Source: Strigamia acuminata
Lineage: Eukaryota
Reading direction: 5' to 3'
DNA length: 64,000 nt
Assembly (NCBI GenBank): GCA_949358305.1
Contig: OX442314.1
Location: forward strand, 24,242,001 to 24,306,000
Shown: in pieces, positions 21,990-36,075 of the stretch
How positions within the stretch are numbered: position 1 is the stretch's first letter
Layout of the letters: every line of letters begins with the position of its first letter
Position numbers and translations under genes: made by a program
Notes under the pieces: model-generated
Database searches by the model: none
Seen by the model: only the letters and a program-made list of their open reading frames with translations
What the model was told of the DNA's origin: nothing

Positions 21990-24300
21990 CGATCATGTTA
22001 TCCAGTGAATCATTTTTGTAATATATATAAATATATACATATACATATAATATGAAAAAAGAAAAGAAAAGGGAAAAAAATTACAATTGTTATGTTAATA
22101 TTCAGGTTTTTATTTTCGCATTTAATCAGAAATTGGAGAAATAGTTTAATGCGCTGCCCCCGAGTTTTGCTGCTGAACTTGGTTGTCTCGAAATGAAAAC
22201 TTCGCTGCATTACCCAATAAAAAAATTTAAGTTAAATTTTGTGTTGAAATCAATTTCCATCAATCGAACATTTTAAATATAAATATTTTTTTTTTTATTT
22301 CTGAGTAATAATTTAATTTCAAATTGATTTCAATGGTGAATTTTAGGTACATTATTATGTCGGTGTTATAAAATCCAAAAAATCTTGACCTACCGAACAA
22401 GAAATATTCAAATTACCTCGTGATATCCCACAGGAATGTACAAAATATTGAAGTGTATTGCAGGAAAAACCAACCACTGTATTCTGTATTTGTTTTGAAT
22501 TCTCCTCATCCAATTTCGCAGCCGATTAGAATTTTTCCACACGATTGAATATCAATCAAAACCGTCTAAACAATTTCCCTTATTTCTGGTTAATGCTCGT
22601 GTTACGTCCAAAGTTTATATATAAGAAGTTCTAACAGTGGAGAAAGTCGCCAGGGGTCGACCGAGGGAGGGGTTGCGGTCGATGCGTCCCTGGGGCGTCG
22701 GTCGGGCTTGGGCTGCAATTTCATCGCCAAGTGCAGAGATTACCGTGCCCCTTTATAATCGAAATTTTACACGCAGGTTAAAACAACCCTGGCGACGAAA
22801 AACGCCTCCACCGTCGATCATTACTGTGATTCTATTGCGCCAAGAAATTCATTACAGCAAAATCGAAATTTCCAGTTCAAAAAAAAATAATAAAAAATAA
22901 ATAAAAAAAATAAAAGATATTTATGGTATAAATAAAATGATAAAGAGACATGATATATGTGTTTTCCTTTGAGTCTTGGCGCGACAAATTGACGGCTCGT
23001 GGACACAACAGATGGCGTGAAAAAGTCTTCAGATGGGGAGATCGTTATATGGTGTTGGGGGGGTTTGGGGGTGTGGGGGTGTGGGGGTCAAATCGTGAAT
23101 TAATCATGGCGCGCATCACAGCGGAGCCCGACACCAAATCACACTCCGATCGCCTCACCACATTCTATTAACTTTCCATTTTCGACGGTCGCGGCCCCTA
23201 GAGACGCTAGCGGTAAATATAGGGAAGGATATAAGTCTATTCCATTATAGAAGCCACCCCTCAGTGGGCAAGGGGGCCTAGAGGGAGATGTCAAAAAGTG
23301 GTGCGGCCTTCCCCAATGGAGAACAGACGCTCGAAATACCAGTCACGAGTGAGTCAGCAACCGACTCCATTAATGGCCATAAAGGAGGGAATTAACGGGC
23401 TCACGATCTGTTCGAGCTGCGTGTTGTGTGTGTCGGTTGGTGCAGTTTTACAGTGCACGCGCACACCTCTGAAAACTTGCATCTTTACACTAGATTAATT
23501 CCCAATTGTGTTCAGGATTAACAGTTGAATACGATTTAACACGCAATCTACAACAGATTTCTATACCCTAAGCGCCACTTTGTTTTAACATTTTTTTAAA
23601 CAAAAAAAAAAAAAAAAAATTTATAAAAAAATTTTTAAAACTTATTTTAGAACGTCAAAATCCACCATTTTCATAATTTAAAAAAAAAATGTCAAAATAT
23701 ACAGTATATTACAATGCGAGTATAATGCATTCCAAAATGAATAGCGTTAAGTATATTATTTGTACATAAAATAATGCAATTGAAAAAATTAATTTTTACA
23801 AATAATAAATAATATTGGGAATGCATTTCTTAATAGATTTCACAATATGTATTATCATTTTGCAAACCATATGCAGAAATGTAATACAAAATGCAATCTC
23901 GTGACACCCAATGCATTTCAAAATACATTGTTAGGTTGCAACATATTTTCAATAAGTTTTCAAACATACGGCCATAGTTTTCCAGAAAAGTAAAAATTCA
24001 ATTTTTTTTTTGAAAAACTAGTCATCTAAATAAACCAGTTTTCTGCAAAAGAACAGCTAATTTGGATAACTAAATTCCATTTGTAGATTTTGGGCGTTTT
24101 GCGCATTGCCGTTTGCAATGTAAACACCCGTGCATGCTTTATAGTGGAAGTGGCGTACTTGGTATTTCTTGCCTTATTAAAAATTGCACCAAGTACTCGT
24201 ATATAAACAAAAACGACACACTCCTGAGTGGTATATAACAAATTTTAATACTTCTTGCTTTTGGGCGAAGATACGTCAGCTAAATTTGGTTTGTTCAAAC

Positions 24301-24470
24301 CAGCGCTTCTTAACCGGTGGTGCAAGATAGGTTTTCTGGGGGTGCGAGGCCGCTTAAGAAAAATGTTTAATACATAAGTGGTTGATTGACACCAGTAAAA
24401 AAAACTACAAAATTATATATTTTCCTTCGGTAAGAGGTGCGAGCACAGATTTTAAAACTCAATGGGGTAC
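24301..24470. mobile_element. hAT-like MITE fragment (same family as 8164-8372)
   Basis: Shares CTTCTTAACCGGTGGTGCA, AAGATAGGTTTTCTG and GACACCAGTAAAAA with the 8164 copy. Confidence 0.55.
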
Positions 24471-27400
24471 CAACAAAGAGTTTAGGGGTTGAAATAGATC
24501 GACAGCCCTTTTGCTATTCCTGATAAGCAAACTGCATTATGTCTACCAGAAAACTAACGCCATGTATACACCAGAAGCCGTTATAATTTTTTCCCCCTAC
24601 AAATTTCAAATACGAATAGAAAATTCGAAATTCAGATGCCTAAAACCCAAGATCAAAATACAGTCCCGATTAAAACCGATTGCTTCTGTGTTTCTCTCGC
24701 TTGATGCAGAAGATTAAGGTTGATGTAAGTCAGGATCGAAAGGAATAGCAGCCATCAGGTAGGTAAAAATTATCATGAGTGATTTTATTAACATATTTTT
24801 ACAGGTGATGCTGCAGATGCATGCGCGTCAAAAATTATCATAAAAACAAGATGGAGTCCGAACACTCCATGTTCCAAACCACGAATGAGTTTATTTGTTT
24901 AAAAAGAAAAAAGAAAAAAAAAATAGATGATCATTTTGCTTTTTCTCCTTTCGGATCGTGTATGACAATGTTGGCACAGGGTGAAGACAGTCGACGTGAG
25001 ATATCGTTTCCTAGGCTCGTTTTTATTCGGAAGATGCGCTCTGTTCGACATCGTCGCCCTCCAAATGGCTGCCAGAGAAACGCCGTCGGCATCGAAATCA
25101 GCCTTTCTCTTTGTCACCAAACCCAAACTGTCACCATACACCAAAACCTTTTTCTTTTTCCTCCTCCGCACCAAATCCCTCCCACGACCAACCGAGCGCA
25201 CACAAAAACACATTAAAACAAATACTCCCCCCCCCCCAAAAAAAAATAAAAAAAATAAAAAAACCAAATTCCCCACCAAAATTTAATTATTCGGTCAGAA
25301 ATTCGGAAACTAAATCCACTCATTTTTCCCCCAAACATAAAAAATAAAAATAAAATTCCTCTTACCGTAAAAGTGGAAATTAATGCCATTCGCATGCAGC
25401 AGGTACGTGTAATCCGATGCCCACTTTATTGAGTCTGCATCTCCATTTATCTACAAGGTAACAAAGTTGTGACAGCTTCGATAGTTGGTTCTTTTCAAGT
25501 ATAATTAAAAATTAACCTCCTCCTTTTCCTTAATTTTTTCTCCCCCTCGCTTCTTCGAATAAAAAGTGAAGGAGAAAAGAAGGAAGGAGGGAGTTCTCCT
25601 CCGAGGTACCTCGAAAACGACCTGTAATGATGGGTTTACCTGCTGGTAATTCAACCTTAATTACCGGGCCGCAAGAAAAGGCGAGGCGAACAGACTCGAT
25701 GGCCATTAAACGAGCGGCTCAACTTGGACCACGACAATCTATTCTCTCTTTCTCTCCATCTTGGTTTTTTTTTTTTACTTTTTACCCCACCATTATTTTG
25801 GGTTAAAGCGAACCTCAATTTTAAGGGGTTGTTGCGATACAATCTGATTAAAAACCCGTATACTCGTCGCCATTTTTTAATTTCTCGAGTTAATCATTTA
25901 AAATTGTTTAATTATTTTTGTATACACCCAATTCTGTTTTTACACGATTTTGATTTAACACCATCTAGAAAAATCCATTTTTACAGTTAAAAAAATCCCA
26001 TTTTGATTCAAATTTTAACGAAAAAAATTTCAATTATTAACTGTAATTTTCTACGAAATATTTAGAAAATTCTCCTTGTTTGTTGATGAAATTTATTTCA
26101 GTCTTCTGTTTAGTTTCAATCAAAATTGGAAGTGTTTTTTGGTATATTGATGATAAATGAACGCACAAATTAAATTATGCGTTTTATAAAAATTTTTAAT
26201 ACAGTTTTTTATATGAATCCTTTTATTTGATGTATTTTTTACAGGTTTTAAAGATCTGGAACCAATCTCCTATTTTTTCCACATTTTTGTACTAGTACTA
26301 GTACATACAGCCATTTTTGAGTTTTTATTATTACTATTTTTATTTTTGTCGTCGTATGGATTTTCAAATGGAATTAAAATGGATTTTAATTTTTTCTCTC
26401 TTCAAGAAGTTAATTTTGGGCGTGGTTGGCGCTAGTCGTATTTTGTTTGGTAATTGTACCCAGTTTGGTCGTGGTGGAATGTTTGTCCCCTGCAGTCAAG
26501 TGTTAATGGGCGTCTAAATAAAAACAAAGTGCAGTATGAATCTGGCTATAAACGGCTCTAATTATCTCGTTAATGGATATTTTGTTAGCGCACCCGTCTG
26601 TCCCTTCCTAATTCTACTCCGATCCAGGCCCGTCAAGCGCGGAATTTAAAACCAAACCCAACTTCCATTATCCCCATTTTACCCACTTCAACTCGGCGCT
26701 AAAACATCCATTTTTTTCACTTTTTCCTTCATTCTTTCTTTAAAAAAAAAAAATAATAACAACAATAATAAAATAGAAAAAAAAAATCAATTTTGGAATG
26801 TTAATTCATCATACAGCAAAAAGCATACTTCATATTTTTAATTGAAAATAATCTGTTTAGTGCATTTATCAGATGACTAAGAAATGTGGGAGGAGATTTT
26901 TCTAGGAAACATTCTCATGATAAATTGGTCAACTTATCGCTAATAACAATCGACAAACACTAAATTTATTGAAATATGACCATACAGATATTTTTTATTT
27001 TTATTTTTATTATTATTTATTTATTTATTTTTTTGTGATTTTAATTAAAAGTCGTGAGGAACTAGAAAAGAAAAAAAATTTTTTTTTTTCTAATAGAAAT
27101 AAGAATGAAGTATATATATATTTTCAGTTTGGGTTGGATGGCACTCGTTACCCCCGCGTCTCGCCACCGAAGCCGAACTCGGGGTTCTGAACATCGCTGA
27201 TTGATGGCGTTCATCTCGTGTGTCGTCAGCGCTCACTGGGTGCGACTTACACTCGGAGCGAACGCAGTGTGAAAATTATTAAGTGATCCCCCAACGCCGG
27301 GCGGCGCCCAACGCGACTCAATTTCCGGACAAGCGGCCGATAAACGGAGCTGCCTTAATTAAAAGTGACGCTTCTCACTTTGCCGTGACATCACTGACCC

Positions 27401-30400
27401 CATTCATCATCGTATTAAATTACGACACTATTTCTTAGGGGGGAAATAAAACCGAAATAGACAAAAACCCGACAGTTTAAACAAATATGACAACTCCGCG
27501 ACATGTCAACAAACTCGAATGCGTCGAAAAACCCATGCGACTTGCAACTCGTCAAAATCCCTTATACAGTGCATTGTATTCACCACGAGTGAAGTTATTA
27601 AAACAATCAGTTGCAACCCAAATGGAGAGTACTCATAAGCAGTTTCCTACGTAAAGGAAACCAGTCTGCCCACAGAAACTTTGCCTACAGAAAAAACAGG
27701 TATTCACAAATGTCTGTGAGATATGTTCTGCGACATACAAAATTAACTTTCTAGCATGTCGATGCAACGAAAAGTTGATCTTCATTTCCAGGCACAGAAA
27801 CTACTGTGGCACAAAAAGTAGCCATCGGTCTTCCCAATTTGCAACCAGTTGTAATTTTTTTTAACCGGTCTCAAATATGGCAGCAATCAGTTTTGCAAAC
27901 AAATGCAAACAACTGTATATTCTATTTATAAAAATAGATTATTAGTTTATAAATAAAATTAAAAATGAAAAACAAACTAGCAATCCTATTCATCCTAACT
28001 CCAAAAGTAGCCTTAAAAAGTTTTATTGGAATCCATCTTGTTTCTTTTTCAAGGCCATTCACCATTTCTTTTCTGTTGCACAGAGCTGCGAGTACCACAA
28101 AAATTCTGGTGTGACAGACTGGCACATGTTCTGCTACCAGATGATTCTAATAGGCTTTTCTGTCAAGCCTATACACACAGAAAAGTCTGTAAATTGATTA
28201 AAAGTGCAATCCAAAATCCATAAACTCCGTTAAAACTTCATTTCTTTCTTTTTCATAGATAAAAATCATGTTTTGGGGATAAAATGGCGCGTAGGTATTA
28301 TTCTTTTTATTTTTCTTACCAAACAATAAGACACGTTAATCTAATCACCAAACTACGAGAGAAACAAAATGAAAGTAAAATAACCGCAGAAGCCAGAAAC
28401 ACACGCCGAGCTCGGTAGATATTTTCACTTTGTTGCTTATCACGCTTTTCCAAACAGGAAATGACGTCGTTAGGACGAATATTCAACTCCACCTAGCGGT
28501 TACACTCGGCTGCATATTCTGCCCATCACTTTACCTTTCTCCAGAAAACAAGCAAAGTTTGTTATGCAAAATGTTTTATGGGCTCACGCTACAACCCTCG
28601 ACACATCGGGGTCGTCGACGCGAATAGCGCCCCCGCAGCTGTTAAACTGAAAAACAGGTTCAGTGAGTTTGAGCCCTTTTGATTCGAGCGCCCCCCGCGT
28701 GAAGAGCCATTAGGAGGGCAAATGAGTTTGTGGTCAGGAGAAGTCAACTCGTGCCACCCCCGGCTCCCATTGTGATAGGGATGTCGCGAGTGAATAATCC
28801 CCTTCCCCTTTACTTATTTACCCAACGATACTAATTTGCCTCTCTTAATATTCATCAGATTAAGTCTCCCTCTCTCGCAGTGCAGACGCGTGCGCCCTCT
28901 TATCAGCCATTACGTCATCGTTTGCCTGTGCTGCCAGATCAGATGTCGGGTGTGTTGAGTGCCTCGCTCGTCCAAGATGCGGCGTGCAACAGACGTTGGA
29001 GGAGGCGAGAAATGAAGAATGAAATGAAATGAATGGACAAGTGCGAGGCAAAAAACGAAGGGCCGAAAACGAGGAGCCCCGTCGATGTTTATCTGACCCT
29101 CGTTTTGCTCGCTCGCTATCTCGCCTTGCAATTAGTGAATCTAATTAAAAGTCGGGTGCTTAATTAATTTTTTGCGCTGATAATTAGGCGGCAGCAAAGG
29201 GCGAAATGATTACGCTATCTGTGAAATATGGCTGCCGCGTCGGACCGAATATCGTCGATAAGTTAATGAGGAGCATCATGGGATAGCTACAGAGCATTTT
29301 AAAAGCATCTCGCGCATTTCTTTATTTATTTTTCACAGCATTAGAAGCAATTGAATGAAAACCATCGCAAAATGTTACATATTTCGATTTTTCGGTTTTT
29401 CCGTAGTGCTTATTCGAATTTTCTATGTCTGTGGATTTCTGTTCTTTGTATTGCTTCATTTGGGGTTGTTCTTTTCACTTTCTTGCTTTTTGTAGCATGC
29501 AGAAGGGTCCACACATGGTTCTATTATTTCATTGGTTTTGGTTGTTCCTTTGGTTGTATTTCGAGATACTGAATACAGCGAGACGATTCAACTACCTCTC
29601 ATTGCTGTTTATGCTCAGTCTTGCAATAGCAAGTAAATGGCGATTGGGAAGTGCAACCCCCTCGATCTAGCTTTGGTTTATGCAATCTGGTTGTAGTTTT
29701 AGTAATTAAATTCCAAATGGCACCCACACAAGTTATGTGGGAGGTCGAACTTGCAATTAATTGTTCTGATGCTTAGTGAAGCATCCACCGCCAAAAAACC
29801 TGATTAAAAGAAGAATTGCATGGACTATAATTCAGTGATTGGATAAAAATAGACAAATTTTAATTGCCAAACTATATAAACAGACACAAAAACGAGATAA
29901 TCTCACCAAAAAAGCGTCTAAAACAGAAACTTTGTTAGAAAAACTTGATATCAAAGCACATTTTGATTTATTTATAAACAAAAATTCGCTTATTCAGCTA
30001 CTTGAGGTGCAAATTAGATTTCGCCCATCACGTCGCCTTTTTAATACAAATTTAGGATAAAAGCGGATAACGTGTGAAAAAAGTTATTCGGGGGTGCGCC
30101 GGGTGATAATCCAAGTTATTCGGGATGAAAAGGGGTGAAGATGGGCGTAATTCCACGCTGGAGTCAGTCATTATCTATGCAAATGAGAAGTGCATTCGTG
30201 ATACGAAGAGCGATCGCATTCGATTTCATTTAGATAATAAATTAAACGATTACCGTTCTCTCACCCGCATTCGCGTGAGGGGACGTGGCTATCGTTCATG
30301 GCAATCGGCGCGATAATGGCTTCGTGTCTAACACCCAACTCTCTTCCGTTTTCTTTTTCTTATTTCTACAAGTCATTTGCCACCGGCCAACTAAATGGGC

Positions 30401-31199
30401 TCGTAAAAGAAAATTAAACCCAGCGCCGAACAAACTTGAGCAACGCCCATTTTAATAGCAAGTTAAGTCGTCGGCACAAAAAACGACAACCGGACGGACG
30501 GAAGGAATAAAGGAAGGCACTGCTGCGACAAACGCGCCTCTTTCTAACCCAAACTCATTTCGATAGGGAGCGAGCCATCTGCATGCCAAGTCGCTGTGCC
30601 GAGTCAGAGATAAAAGTCGCTCGCCGAGCTTGTATTCTCAAATGAGCAGATTTGCAGCTGGGATTTACTTTTCGCTTTTCACACACAGCCGAGCCAAATT
30701 CCTCGCGCGAGTCAGCACATTCTGCACCGACAATCGCCCCGTGAATGTCAAAATCGGCGCGCGCGCTTATTAATATTTCCGATGTGTTTTTCAACAAAGT
30801 GAAAAATAAAAATATGAAAAACATGAGGCTTTTTATAAATCGTGTTAGAAATAGAATGATGTTTCATTCTGTCGACGGGATTTGTGCGTGTTTTATATGT
30901 AGTGTAGTGTGTTGTGTTTTTTGCTCGGGGTTTGTGTTGTGATCGGATCGTGTCGTGTATCGATTTTCCTCGGTTGGTTTTTCTGTGGTCAGCACTCACT
31001 GCCAGTTATTAGCATATTCGGCATGCGTGAATGGGTATAGTCGAACACAAACTCGAAGCGTCGTTTCGAAATGGTCAACGAGCATATATAGAAAAAGATT
31101 AATTTTCAAAAGTGCAAAATGATACATGTTGTGTTAAGAATACTGTACATTGCGAAAAGTAATACAAATAAAGCAGCACAATTCCCTAAACAATGCTAT

Positions 31200-31665
31200 A
31201 AGAATGCTAAAATTTGATCAATAATGCAGAAAATGTTGAATGTGCTTCGAAAATGTGATAAAAATGTTTAGAAATGGCAGACAAATGCTTAGAAATATCC
31301 AGAAAATAGTTAGATATATCCAAAAAATGCTTAGAAAATGTAAAAAATTACACTCAAATTGCCAAAAATGCTAAAATATAATTTAAAAATGCCAAAAAAT
31401 GCTGATAAATAATTAGAAAATGCCAAAAAATGCTGAAAAATAATTAGAAAATGCTAAAAAATGCTGAAAAATAATTAGAAAATGCTAAAAAATGAATCTA
31501 AAACGCCAAAATATGCTTTAAAAATTCAAAACAATACTAAAAAATACTTTAAAATGCAAAACAATACAAAAAAAAAACTTTAAAAATGCAAAACAATACT
31601 AAAAAATACTTTAAAATGCAAAAAATACAAAAAAAATATTTAAAAATGCAAAACAATACTAAATA
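31200..31665. repeat. Degenerate A-rich minisatellite
   Basis: Repeated AAAATGCYAAAAAATGCTGAAAAATAATTAG and AAAATGCAAAACAATAC units. Confidence 0.8.
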
Positions 31666-34600
31666 TAAAAATAAATATAAAAATATTTCAAAACCATTCA
31701 ACAATTATTAAACCGTGATAACACTGCTGCACAGTAACAAACAATACTGCTCAATTCCACTCTCCAAGCGTAATTCTTTTAAAATAAAAAACAAAACCAA
31801 AACCAAACCAGCAGCTGTCACAAACTGCTCAAAAACCCATTCCGTCTTTATCTAAATGCAGTTTTCTAATAACACTCTTTAAAACCACGTCATTAGTCCT
31901 TAAAAACCCCCTTCCCCGTTTTAATCACAGGGGGATAAGTTACGACCTCACTATTAAACCATATTATTATATAGAAAAGAGTGACACGTGAAATCCGATA
32001 AGAAGTAGAGGAAGAAAGAAAGGTGTAAGAAAACTGTCGTCACGGCGACCCACGGATCTAAACTGGATTTACGAAGCGGCTGGCAAAGCGTCCACCAATC
32101 AATGGTTCTTCCAAAGAGAAGAAGGGCAAGAAAAAAAAAAAAGCTCGGGGCTTTAGATGTTCCAATGTGATAGACGCGACGAGTGGACAGGGGGCATTGG
32201 GCTCAGTCTCGTCGACCGCTATCAGCGTCTCGTTTCTTGCTACAATTCTATTACCCTTTTTAGCGTATATAGCAATTGCATGTCTTTGTTGGCAGTTTGG
32301 ACACGGGTGTGCGAGCTGTGGACGGCGAGTTGTAATGAAAATGCAAGTATATATCGAATCAATAGAAAAGTTGCTATTTCATCCTTGACTGGCCATTACA
32401 CCAAATGGGGATCACTATCCAATGGGAGACGGAGGCCAATCGATAGTCTCATCATCACTGTGCTCGTGGTAATTCGATTTCAGGCGACTCGTTTTGGGCC
32501 ACCAGCTTCACCCCCGCCATCCTTAACTTATCCCCTCCTTCCTCTTTCAATCTCACATCCACCAATGGCTACACAAAAAAAACCAAAGAAGAAATCGTTT
32601 CACTTATCCCTATTATATATGAGCTCTTGTTTCTTTTAATGTCTTCGTACTACACGTACTAAGCGTACAATGAGTCAACAATGTATGTTCAATCAAGAGG
32701 TTTCAATGAAAGTTTACATGATGTGACGTTTTTCTTTAGCGAAAATGACGCCATTTGCGCATGCTTGCTTCGACAATTATTCAGATCTAAGCTGCGCACA
32801 AGCATGCGCATTAGTAATAATGATATTTCATCTAGGAGCAGTCAATAATAAGTTGTTTATTTCGCTTTTATTCATTTAAACGCACCTAATATTGTTTGCG
32901 TCAATAGATAATTATCAATCAGAGATCACCAAATATTTATACAAAAAATTGTGTCACAATGACATCTGTGTGGCATTGTTGCAAACATTTTTTTGTGGAT
33001 AAAGTTTCGCTCTTTATTCATATTGCACTAATTGAAAATTAAATAATTATCACCCATTACCAACTGCAGTTAATTGCCGTATTGAAAATAATTTAATTAA
33101 GGTGAGATATTACATTAAAATGCATTAGAAAGGAAAATAAACTGCAGCTTGTCACTTATAATTTAACAGCAAATTAAATCTATCTGCTAAAAGATATTGA
33201 AAAAATAAGAAAAAAATTTTTTTTATCGTTAAGGATCAAAATAAATCTTAATTTTTTTTTTTTTTTTTTTTTTTGAAATTGCAATCACGAAATTTCAGGG
33301 CTAATTACTCATCAGGAGAATTTTTCACATGCCAGATAATAAATGTACATATACAGAATTAAATAATTTTTTCCTTTGAAATGGGGGTTGGAATGGAAAG
33401 CATGAAGTATCGGTTTAAATGAAATATAATGCTACTAGACAAGTGTTGAGAAAATATTAGCAAGTGGTGAGAATAATGATGATAGCTCTTAATGAGTTAA
33501 AGATGATGGCCGCTAAACAAAATTTCCCATTCCCGCCCACATTTACCAACAAATCATTTGTCCATTAACCAACAACATCTCAGCCTACACTATAATCAAT
33601 TTCAATAGCAAACACTCAACCAAACGAATTGAATTATACAAAATAATTAAACTTAAAAAATATATACACATATTTTCAAAATAATATTATAAATAAGTTG
33701 GAGTCAGTTCATTGAATTGCTACTCACAATTTTAGCCCTTATGGTGTATCAAACTCACTCATACACACGCCCAGATGGAGTTTGCTGGGAGTTGTTCAAT
33801 TCAAGTGGTAGCCATCATTTTACGTTTCACTAACTGCATTCAAAAATTAAAATATTTTGCGTTTTACTTCAATTTTAAAACAAAAATGACATCATTTCCC
33901 ATCCTATTTATTAAATTAAACTGTATTAATTATTAATTTATAATATATTTATTATAATAAATCAAAATTTAAACTTAAAATACACTTAAACTAAAATTGT
34001 ATTTTTAGTTTTGAATCCGCCTTTACGCCACAATTATATTTTCTGCGCGCGACAAATTATCCGGATTTAACGTTTGTATATACAACCGATATTTAGTTGT
34101 ATATAACCGAATTACCGACCCACCAAAGCGTTTAAAAAGATAAACCTGGGGAAGAAAAAAAGCCGAAATTGATACAATTGAAACCAAATACGGTTTAAAC
34201 GCGCGAAAAACCAAATTGTTTTGCTCGTATTCACTATACATAATTTTTTTTCCATTAATAAAGTACCAATAAAAAGTGTATAATTCCATTGCCAAATAAA
34301 CTAATCCCCGAGCATTTCTTTGATCCTGGATCTAAATAAAATTCCATCCTCACACCAGATTAGTTTAATTTGAGATCCCCATCTCCTTTCACCTTAGGGG
34401 AGGATGGGCTCATTCGACCACGACTAATTATATGATGGAACAGAAAACTGCATCATTGGTGACAACCGGTCTCAAAAAAAATAATTCCATTTCGAAGCAA
34501 GTGCATTTTTATACAGCCAAGCCAAACTCCATCCCCCTTCCCCATCTTTTTTCCAGATTTTTTAAATAAAAAAAAAAAATTTTAATTTTATTTTTTTGGG

Positions 34601-35649
34601 ATTTAAAAAAAATATATATATAAAGTATAAACAGTTTTTGGTTCCCATTTTCCGCTGCATTAAGTCTAATAGCCTCGGCCCAGAGCCAACGAATGCGCTC
34701 GGATGGCGTAGTCACTGCCACTTTTGTTATGAAATCATCGCCCTTTCAACTCAAATCACGCCTGCCATTAGTTTAGGGACGCGACACCTTCGACTCATCC
34801 AATCTGATTATGGATGAGATGAAAATCTGATCGCGACGTATCTCATTATCATTGGCCTTCAATACATTTTTAAAATTTATCAAAAAATAAAAAATAAAAA
34901 TTAATTCATAAAAAAAAAAAAAAAAAAAAAATACAATAAAAAATTTTAAAAAATGTATAATATTATTTTTTATATTAAAATCCTTAAAATTAAAAAAAAA
35001 AAAATTAAGTGGGGATAAAGAAAATGGAAAAGAGAGGGGTTATTGGTTGGGTTCATTCAGAGGTAATTAAAAGACACGTCAGCAATAGAAAAAGGCTGAG
35101 CTAACCCTAATGGCAATGTTCTGTCCGACATTTCCCCCGAGGGCCATTCCATCAGCGCCACCCTGCGGCACATGCGGCAACATGTCTGCCCTACATCAAT
35201 AACTAAAACCCAGCAGATTATTCATCACTTATCAACCACCCTCCAACCCCCACACCCCCCCCCCCCCCAAAAAAAAAAAATTAAAACAAAAAATAATTTC
35301 CACACAAAAAAAATCCTTACAATCACAATCCGACAATATATAAAATTAAAATTATAAAAATTAAAAAATAAAAATATTTCCAACTGAAATTTCGAGTTGT
35401 TGTTGTTGTTGTTCGCATTTTTCGCGCGCTTTCCCTCGACGCTGTCGGAATCCGAGATCCAAGAAGCAATTTTACCGTTTTCCCCGCCCCCGCGCCCTGA
35501 TTGGCTGCCGGGGGCGAGGTGCGTGAGGGAAAGGTGGAAGGGAGGAGAAGGGTCTGTCAAGCTGCGTGATGAAGGGCGAGGCAACCAACAGACGAAACCG
35601 CCGACGGAAAAGAGAGACTCCAGCTCCCGCTCGACGGCCCCCATGGTCC

Positions 35650-35884
35650 ATGGATTCCCGGTTCGGTCTGGCGCGATTCGGGACGAGTCCCTTCTCGTCC
35701 TACGTTGCCGGCCCCATTGCGCCAATCAGCCTGCCGTACGATTACAGCGGCCGGCATGCCGTTCCCTCGGCTTTCACCATCGACAGCATTCTGCGCGCTC
35801 AGCACGCGGCTGCTGCGCCCTCGTCCGCCGCCAGCCCCGCCGACTCGACCAACAGCGCCGATTGTGCCAACGACAAAAACAAAG
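35650..35884 (+). CDS. unc-4: Unc-4/Uncx paralog B exon 1; full CDS join 35650-35884, 42926-43101, 49338-49925 = 332 aa
   Basis: MDSRFG start parallels MDMRLL of paralog A; eh1-like AFTIDSIL; phase-1 donor G|GTTAGT fits exon 2; GC boxes and reverse CCAAT at about 35482-35508. Confidence 0.8.
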
Positions 35885-36040
35885 GTTAGTTCTTTTCCAA
35901 TAAAAAATTTACTCCAATAGTCTTTTACACGTGTACGTGGAGGTGAAATTTAATCAGATTAAAAGGCAATGCGGCTTCGGGGGTCTGTTTTAAGCCTAAC
36001 GCGATGCTGCATGGCGCTCGAGCTCGACGACAATATGTCT

Positions 36041-36041
<1 letters not shown>

Positions 36042-36074
<33 letters not shown>
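36042..36074. repeat. (GT)n microsatellite
   Basis: About 16 GT units in Uncx-b intron 1. Confidence 0.95.

Positions 36075-36075
<1 letters not shown>

Noticed and set aside
22000..35500. Third Uncx copy or another homeobox between the paralogs
   Set aside because: No WFQN-type or RRxRT-type coding segment seen on either strand by eye.
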